Assembly (NCBI GenBank): GCA_030141605.1
Contig: JAQGDQ010000748.1
Coordinates: 38,674-102,673 of the forward strand
Direction of reading: 5' to 3'
Origin: Tubiluchus corallicola
Lineage: Eukaryota > Animalia > Priapulida
DNA: 64,000 nucleotides
Shown: one piece after another, positions 56,434 through 64,000 of the stretch
Layout of the letters: each line of letters opens with the position of its first letter
How positions within the stretch are numbered: the first letter of the stretch is position 1
Position numbers and translations under genes: made by a program
Notes under the pieces: generated by a model
What the model was told of the DNA's origin: nothing
What the model saw: the letters and a program-made list of their open reading frames with translations, nothing else
The model's database searches: none

Positions 56434-56964
56434 ATGGCATCCATTTTAAAAAATGCCCTTCTTATGCAGAGAAGCAGCTACAAGTATTTTCTGCCAATTC
56501 AAACACGATGGATGGATAATGACCAATATGGACATGTGAACAATGTTGCCTATTACTCTTTGTTTGACACCGTGTACAGTCACTTTCAAGCAAAGAAGTG
56601 TACACAGTTTTCCACACTCAACAAACCCCAAGCACTTGATTATGTGGTGGAAAGCGGATGCCTTTACAAGAAACCGCTAAATTTTCCTGATGTCATCTTA
56701 GCTGGCCTTGGTATTGTGAAAATTGGAAAGTCAAGCTTTCAGTATGCAGTTGGTTTATTTGCAGAAGCAGAGAATCTTGGGGACACTGTCCAAGATGGGG
56801 ATGTGTTCAGTACGAAAACCAAGTTTTCTGATGAAGCTAGTGCCGTTGGTTATGTGACAAGTGTTTTTGTGGACGGTGTGACTGAAAAACCTGTTGACAT
56901 ACCTGTTGCATATAGGATACAGCTGGAAAATATTCTTATTGAGTTAGATAGTAGTAAACTGTAA
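56434..56964 (+). CDS. Hotdog-fold acyl-CoA thioesterase (4HBT/YbgC-like), copy 1, PTS1 (SKL)
   Basis: YKYFLPIQTRWMDNDQYGHVNNVAYYSLFDT motif; VVESGCLYKKPLNFPD; IGKSSFQY; ends ELDSSKL; acceptor-like ttgtag just upstream of ATG 56434. Confidence 0.9.
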   Translation: MASILKNALLMQRSSYKYFLPIQTRWMDNDQYGHVNNVAYYSLFDTVYSHFQAKKCTQFSTLNKPQALDYVVESGCLYKKPLNFPDVILAGLGIVKIGKSSFQYAVGLFAEAENLGDTVQDGDVFSTKTKFSDEASAVGYVTSVFVDGVTEKPVDIPVAYRIQLENILIELDSSKL

Positions 56965-57721
56965 AAGCTTTGCAGATTTCAAGGCCCACCTTGTACTGTT
57001 ATTGGATTTTGTTTAAATAGAAAGCTTTTGAAACTATTATGTTGGGTTTTAAATATAATTAGATGGGCGGTTTTCTTGTGATGATTGAATGATTGTCACT
57101 GAATGGGTAATGATGCTCATGTATGAAACCGTTAGTGGTAGAATTTTGGTTGTTTTATTATGGCTTCTTTTGGATATCATAGTGAATATGTTTGTTTAAT
57201 CGACAATACAAGACTTTGTATTGTCGATTACAAAAACTGTTAAGTCTGTTTAGTTTATGTGACCTGTACTAGTCTGATATTCTTAGATTCATAGTTTCAG
57301 CAGTTTACATATTTTATATGAAGGTTATATACCTCCGTATTAAGTAGCTAGTATTAATTCATATCATGTCTTCTAACTTAGAAATGTATAAATCAATAAT
57401 ACTTGTATTACTGTTGCAGAGTTTAGTGTTATTACTTGGGTTAAATGTACTACTGCACATTTTCGCTTTCACCATCAAGCCTAATTTGTGTTTGTCAGAT
57501 CTGAAGCTCATGTTTTCACCCATTCCTTGTCAGCATAGCAAAATTTTAGAAAGATTAGTAGTTCGTATCAATTCTGCCATGTATTTTTGCAACTTAGAAA
57601 TGTGTAAAGTAATAGTATCTATGTTATTGTTGGCTTGTTGCAGAGTCAAGTGTTGTTACCTGAGAGTAAATGCAGACGCAGCACAGTCATATGTACACAA
57701 CATATAGTCTTCAGTGTAATA

Positions 57722-58360
57722 ATGTGGGCACCACGTGTGAGGTTCATATTTTCACCTTTTGCTCAGCACAGCAAAATCTTAGAAAGATCAATGGCTTCTT
57801 CCAGTAGTAGCAAGCGAGAAAGGAATCCACGCTCATTGATTCACAATCCTATCTTCATAAAACGAAGCACTTACAAGTGGTTTTATGCCCTGCAAACACG
57901 TTTCCCAGACAACGATCAGTATGGACACGTGAATGTTTCAAAATATATCTCTTTTGCTTCCCATGTAAATGCTTTCCTGATTGAGAAGGGTGGTCATGAC
58001 ATAACAAGTGCTGGCAAGATTCGAGATTTCACAGTAGAAACCGGTATGCTATACAGGCGACCTTTGCAGTATCCTCGTCCTGTCTTAGTAGGTTTGGCAG
58101 TTGGTGACATTGGGAACTCTAGTGTCACTTACGTGGTTGGCTTCTTTGACGAAGACGTTTCCCAAGGAAAGAGCCACTATGAGTTTGATGAGAAACATGA
58201 TGAATTCATCTCTAAAACAAAATTTCAAAGTGAAGCTTCTGCAGTAGGCTACTTGGTAGATGTTTTTGTGGATGCTGAAACAGAAAAGCCTATAAAGATT
58301 CCTACTGCATTTCGCAATGCTTTTACATCTATCTTTGTTTCACCTGATAGTAAACTATAG
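57722..58360 (+). CDS. Hotdog-fold acyl-CoA thioesterase, copy 2 (divergent), N-terminal leader and PTS1 (SKL)
   Basis: LQTRFPDNDQYGHVNVSKY; VETGMLYRRPLQYP; IGNSSVTY; ends VSPDSKL; ATG 57722, second ATG at MASSSSS. Confidence 0.88.
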   Translation: MWAPRVRFIFSPFAQHSKILERSMASSSSSKRERNPRSLIHNPIFIKRSTYKWFYALQTRFPDNDQYGHVNVSKYISFASHVNAFLIEKGGHDITSAGKIRDFTVETGMLYRRPLQYPRPVLVGLAVGDIGNSSVTYVVGFFDEDVSQGKSHYEFDEKHDEFISKTKFQSEASAVGYLVDVFVDAETEKPIKIPTAFRNAFTSIFVSPDSKL

Positions 58361-59123
58361 ATTTTAATTTTGTTGTAGAAGTTCTGCTGCAGATTTTCCG
58401 TACTGCATTTCACAATGCCTATGCATCTAATTTTATTTCACCGAATAGTAGACTATAGATTTCATTTTGTTGTAAACATCCACAAATATATGCTTGCTGC
58501 AATTCGAAACCCTTCGTTTATCTTTGTTTGGTCAGATAGTAGACGGCAGTTGTCATTGCTGTAACTGTGTTTGTATACTGTATTTTTATATGCTTTTATG
58601 AGGCACTATGAGTAAAATATATTTTAATAATTTTAAATATACATGACCTACGTTTTCTCTTCACTTTAAATTATTAATACCGTACAAAGCTAAATCACTG
58701 TAGCATTTGTGATAATTGCCACTTATTACATTTTATTAAGTGTATTACAGATTAGCTTTGACAGCCTTGATTTTTTTGGGTCACTTCGGTAATTATGCAG
58801 TTTATCAGAAGGGTGGTTCATTATGAGAACACTAGTTATGTATTTGTTAAACATGAGTAGACAAAGAGAGGATTTTGAAGTTATACAGTGACTGCGTGGT
58901 AAACATATTTTTCATTTCATATCTAGCGTTGAAACAGTGAATTAGTGACAGCTTGACAGGAATATTTGTTACAAAACTTGTAGAGAAGTGGTATTAGGTG
59001 CTTTTTTAAAATAGATGTTTTCATGTGTTTTTTACATCTTTATTTACGAATATGTTGGAGTAATATTTGTTATGAATTATGTTACTTATTTTGCTTTATT
59101 TAGCTTTCTTTGTGGAAGTAACG

Positions 59124-59738
59124 ATGTTCCAGAGGTTTCGTTATCAGCAATTATTTGTATTACTGCACAAGCACAATATTGTGCATTATTGTTACTCAAG
59201 CATGGCAAAACCAGGACCATCAACTGATTTAAAAACCATCATCAGACAGCCAAAATTTTTGCATCGATCGACGTACAAGTATTTCTTGCCCATTCAGACT
59301 CGTTGGATGGACAATGATGAATATGGACACCTTAATAACGTAGTCTACTATTCGTTGTTTGATACTGTTATTAATCATTATTTGATTAGAAAATGTGGCC
59401 TGAAAACTGATTTGAAGACCTCACAATTTGTTGGTTACATGGTGGACACTCACTGTACGTATCGAAGTGCAATGAGTTTTCCTGATATTGCTGACTGTGG
59501 TTTGTGTATTGCTTCTGTCGGAAGGTCAAGTGTCCAATACGTTATAGGAGTTTTTGATGAAAGTGCAAATGGCAGCGAAACTGTGAAGTCAACAGAAAGC
59601 ACCGGTACAGAATCTACTGCAAATGTTGTTGGTTACTGTGTGCACGTGTTTGTTGATCCAAAGTCCAATAAGCCTATTCAGTTACCAGATGAGTTCAGGG
59701 AATGCCTTGAGAAAATTGTTGTTAGAGCAGATTGTTGA
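59124..59738 (+). CDS. Hotdog-fold acyl-CoA thioesterase, copy 3, mitochondrial-like leader
   Basis: IQTRWMDNDEYGHLNNVVYYSLFDTVIN; VGRSSVQY; HVFVDPKSNKP; leader MFQRFRYQQLFVLLHKH lacks acidic residues; no SKL. Confidence 0.9.
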   Translation: MFQRFRYQQLFVLLHKHNIVHYCYSSMAKPGPSTDLKTIIRQPKFLHRSTYKYFLPIQTRWMDNDEYGHLNNVVYYSLFDTVINHYLIRKCGLKTDLKTSQFVGYMVDTHCTYRSAMSFPDIADCGLCIASVGRSSVQYVIGVFDESANGSETVKSTESTGTESTANVVGYCVHVFVDPKSNKPIQLPDEFRECLEKIVVRADC

Positions 59739-60257
59739 CGTGGCTATTGCCCATTTTTCAACTCCTTAAGTTGATCTATAGAAAGTTAATAGTGCAGGTA
59801 CAAAAAGAAACATTTAATAGGTAGAGCATTGAAATTGTTATAAATGTAAATAACATCTAGGCTAACATTGACTCTGTCTGATCCTCACTTAGTGGTTAGC
59901 GTAATTTATTCTGTACTTAGCATTAATTTGCCATTTTGCAATCAGGTTCTGTGTAGTGCATTTTTATACTGTTTTCATATACAGAAACTTACAGGTGCTT
60001 TAGGTTGTAGTCCTTAGAAATGCACCGTACATTAGTAAACACGTTATATTAGCATGCATATTTTTAGGTATATAAAATTTTTTTAGTAGATGGCAACATC
60101 TATTTTCAAACATTTTATATATTTATCTAAATTCTTTTTTAAAGTTTTGTAGTTTCAAAAGTATAATCATGCAAACAACACCTGTATATATTAGTTAATG
60201 GCACTTTGCAATCTGATTTTGATAAAATTTTTATTTTAGGCAAGGTTAATTACTTAA

Positions 60258-60866
60258 ATGTGGATGGCAACACTAAATTTTATAATGAATGTGTCACGTC
60301 AACGGTTAAACCGTCTTTTGATAAGAAGTAGCCATTGTTGGTGCTTGTATGCTACCTCAGCAGTGGAATTAACGAAGAGAATTCAGCATCCCAGATATTG
60401 GCAGCGTTCAACGTATAAGTACTTCTTGCCAATTCAGACAAGATGGATGGACAATGACCAGTATTTACACGTAAACAATACCATATACTTCTCATTTTTT
60501 GGTACTGCAGTTGGGCATTTCTTGATTAACAAATGCGGACTGAACACAGATCTTAAAACTTCTACTTGTGTCGGATACATAGTCGACACACAATGCACAT
60601 TTAGATCATCAATTCGTTATCCTGAAACTGCCCTTTGTGGTCTGGGCATTGTTCATATTGGGAATTCTAGTGTTCAATATGTTATTGGCGCATTTGGAGA
60701 AAGCGAAGAAAGTAGTGCTGAAAGTTCTGGAAGAGATAAAACATATCGTGATGAAGCAAGTGCTGTGGGCTACATTGTTCATGCATTTGTTAATCCACAG
60801 ACTAGATCTTCTGTGGTGTTATCTGGAAAATTCAGAGAACAGGTGGATGAAATATTCTTACCGTGA
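60258..60866 (+). CDS. Hotdog-fold acyl-CoA thioesterase, copy 4, mitochondrial-like leader
   Basis: IQTRWMDNDQYLHVNNTIYFSFFGT; IGNSSVQY; Arg-rich, acid-free leader MNVSRQRLNRLLIRSSH; no SKL. Confidence 0.9.
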   Translation: MWMATLNFIMNVSRQRLNRLLIRSSHCWCLYATSAVELTKRIQHPRYWQRSTYKYFLPIQTRWMDNDQYLHVNNTIYFSFFGTAVGHFLINKCGLNTDLKTSTCVGYIVDTQCTFRSSIRYPETALCGLGIVHIGNSSVQYVIGAFGESEESSAESSGRDKTYRDEASAVGYIVHAFVNPQTRSSVVLSGKFREQVDEIFLP

Positions 60867-61198
60867 TTGTAACTGGGCCATTATTGCTAATGATGAAGAA
60901 ACATTTCAGTGCCTTTTTTGAACAATGCATGTGAATTTGCACACATTTTTACTTGCAACAAAGAAAAAAGGTTCTCCCTTTTCCCAGTATTGGAAAAAGA
61001 TGAGCTGTAAATTGCATGTTTGCGTGTATAAAATATTTTTTACTTTTTCATCAACTTTTACTGCTTAAAACAAGTGTATTGATGTTGCTTAATATTGTTC
61101 CGAATAATGCTTCAAGACAAATTTCTAGTCAAACATAACAATTTTTATAATTACACTAATTCTCATTATCAACATTTTATGTTTTACCAGGAGAAACT

Positions 61199-61204
61199 AA
61201 TAAA
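61199..61204 (+). promoter_or_regulatory. Candidate polyadenylation signal AATAAA for the thioesterase cluster
   Basis: First canonical AATAAA I found downstream of copy 1; followed by T/GT-rich sequence. Confidence 0.45.
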
Positions 61205-61559
61205 TTGTTGTCTATAAAATTTAATTATTTTATTTTTGTTATGAAATAGCACTCATGCCTGTTTTAGGCTTGATGAAACAGTCAAATGTTTCAACTTTTG
61301 TTGTAGTAGGTGATATGTATAGCCAGGCGGTCATGTGTATGTGCTTTGTGACTAAAGTTAGAAAATCATGAAATGGGTGGGTGACAGCCTTCAATGTTGT
61401 TAGGGTGATTCCATTCACTATGTGATTGCAGCTATGTGCCTCAGAGAAAAAACTTCAAACGGAGTGGGACTACATACAGTAAAGAAAAAATAGACTACAT
61501 AAAACTATTAAAATGGCAGTAGCTTAAGTTGCAGTTTACTAGTCTGGCACTGAAACTGA

Positions 61560-61960
61560 CGATGTTTGGTGCGTAAACCGCATCTTAATTAACTCATTCC
61601 AAATTGGGACTATTCTTTTTGCAAATAAATATTTGTATGCACTTGATCTAGAAGAATATTTGAACAATTTGTAATTGAGACCACATAAATTTTGAGTATG
61701 AGCATAACAAAAGAAATCACCAAATGACAAATTTACTAATTTGTGGCATATTTTATAAACCATCTTAAGATAAAAATTATTCGTCGAGTGGTTGCAAATC
61801 TAAGATACGCAGCCTGTCCAAGTAATTAAAAATACCAAGTTGACAATGGGCAAATAATTTACGTGTAAACTATCGCTGAACTGTCTCTATAGCATCAATG
61901 TCCTTCATATGATGAGGTGACCAAACTGTAGTACAATAGTCAAGTAGTGGCCTAACATAA
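61560..61960 (-). mobile_element. CR1-type LINE 3' remnant
   Basis: PHHMKDIDAIETVQR*FT and MVYKICHKLVNL...FF...YKLFK...KYLFAKRIVPIWNEL. Confidence 0.75.
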
Positions 61961-62332
61961 GCTTGTTAGTTAGACTTTTGAAAATTAAAATTAATTGCGT
62001 TTTAATTAATGAACTTTCATTCATTAAATCCCGAAATTATCGTTAACTTTTCACCGCTCTTCATTTGTATGTTCGTACCACTGAATTATTCCCATGTAGA
62101 ACATGTTTACTGTGTTACGCAGAAAAAATATATATGTTCTATTCGCATTGAGGTGATGGCGCCATCTGTTGCTGAAAATAGTTATTTTCTAGCTGTTCGA
62201 TTCAAGTCTGTTTTAATTTTGGCTCTGTAGCATTCACAAAACATTAAATTTTAATTGTTTTTTTCCATAGCATATAGCATTTCCAAACACATTCGAAATT
62301 AAGAAACGGCATTACAGTATATTCTTGTTAGT

Positions 62333-63985
62333 CATATTGTCATAGAATCTCTTAGCTTCTCACTATAGGGTTTCTCACTATATAGTTACATATATTGGCT
62401 GTGCACAGTCATACTTGTAGACGTAGGCCCACTCAATTTGGAGCAGATACAAGGCTAGACCTACTACAGTTAAGTTCATAAGTTTCAATGTATTGTGCTA
62501 AAAGTAATTGCCAAAAAGTTAACTAATTTGGTTGCAAGATTTTTGTTTTTCTGAACTTGTAATATTCATATTTCCACCTTTTTGCTGTTGCCCTGAACCT
62601 GAGTATTAGCTGGCCTTGTTTAGGCCATTTCTCTCTATTTATTTAAAAACGCTGTCGCTGCATCAGTCGACCCTTCGATAATGATAATTTATTTCTAGAG
62701 CGGACAGTTTCATCGACATCAGTTGCGCTATAAATACAAGGCCCGGTTCACAAAGCTGTCACTGACTTAACGACGTCGCTATTAATAGTTAACTGAATGT
62801 AATAACGATGTCGTTAACTTAGTGACAGCTTTGTGAAACCGGCCTTGGTTTACAAATAAAAATGACTTTGGCAATTGAGCGTCAACCGAAATGCACAATC
62901 TACTCAGTATTGAACACACTGTATACTACACACGCATTTGGTAAAAGTTATCTTTCTAATAACTGTGTCTGTTTCTAGCGAATCTTCTAAACTTTAAAAA
63001 TTATTACAAAACTATATTATAGTGCTATAATTCCTGTCATTTCTGCTATGTTGTAAGTTTGTTCTATGCAGTATAGTCTTAGTGACTATTATCAAAACCC
63101 AAAGGACATTAACGACTCCTTCTTGTTCCAAGGAAATTCCGAAATAGTTTAGTGTTTATACCCTCACCTGGTAATAAAGGCTAAGGGTAAGTCATCTGGA
63201 ACCTCTTCCTACTCACAGTGCTTGCAGCCCTTTAATCAATTTATATTCTGAATGCGCGCTGCAACTAAACCGTTGAGCCTGTACTATAATTACGGTATCA
63301 GTTTAAAGTATACACGTACCGACAAAGTCGAATGAATCGTTGACTGGTGTTTTTACTATTTATGAAAGCCAATTTACGATGAGGATTGGGTTATAAATAC
63401 TACGCCCATAAGTTATTCCCTTAGGTCATGACTGATTCTAAAAATGTAGGAAACAAGAATTACAACAACGAAATTTTTAAATTTGGTTGAGGTCACTAGC
63501 CGATAGTATCCTATGATGGCACTATGATTATTGAAACCAAAAAAACTTTGATAACCGAAGTATTTTCGAACCAATTCCACGTTTAATTATTGATAATCTT
63601 AATACCAAGACTTTAATGAAACTGGCCGCTCTAGAAATAAATTATCATTATCGAAGGGTCGACTGATGCAGCGACAGCGTTTTTAAATAAATGAAATGGC
63701 CTAAACAAGGCCAGCTAATACTCAGGTTCAGGGCAACAGCGAGAGTGGAAATATGAATATTACAAGGTTCAGAAAAACAAAATCTTGCAACCAAATTAGT
63801 TAACTTTTTGGCAATTACTTTTAGCACAATACATTGAAACTTATGAACTTAACTGTAGTGGGTCTAGCTTTGTATCTGCTCCAAATTGGGTGGGCTCGTC
63901 TACAAGTATGACTGTGCACAGCCAATATATGTAACTATATGGTGAGAAACCCTATAGTGAAGCTAAGAGATTCTATGACAATATG
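62333..63985. mobile_element. Foldback-type element with ~380-bp inverted arms (62333-62713 and 63616-63985)
   Basis: catattgtcatagaatctcttagctt...tctagagcggacagtttcat is the near-exact reverse complement of atgaaactggccgctctaga...aagctaagagattctatgacaatatg. Confidence 0.9.
62737..62847. mobile_element. Small palindromic MITE nested in the foldback spacer
   Basis: caaggcccggttcacaaagctgtcact ... agtgacagctttgtgaaaccggccttg. Confidence 0.8.
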
Positions 63986-64000
63986 CGCGAATAGGCCGTG

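Noticed and set aside
56434-60866. Bacterial contamination as the source of the thioesterase genes
   Set aside because: Host-like AT content, no operon-tight spacing or evident Shine-Dalgarno sites, eukaryotic targeting signals, and flanking LINE/MITE remnants

Overview
AT-rich, intron-containing animal (invertebrate-like) genomic DNA, not prokaryotic; exon models were built by hand from GT-AG sites and phase compatibility. Minus strand: (1) a secreted Gly/Tyr/His/Asp/Lys repeat protein (GYGKGGYGHDD)n running off the left edge, missed by the ORF track; (2) an unknown charged protein with a pair of duplicated, apparently mutually exclusive exons; (3) a 10-exon Disabled (Dab) PTB adaptor; (4) a two-domain Ly6/uPAR (quiver-like) protein with a GPI-type tail; (5) an intronless flotillin-2. 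Plus strand: four tandem single-coding-exon hotdog-fold thioesterases of a bacterial-looking YbgC/4HBT type. These differ in predicted targeting (PTS1 SKL versus mitochondrial-like leaders), each has a splice-acceptor-like site upstream, and a canonical AATAAA appears only after the last copy. Non-coding DNA holds LINE remnants, several MITE families, a 5S-rRNA-headed RTE-tailed SINE, a 52-bp satellite that seems to derive from a foldback arm, and microsatellites.
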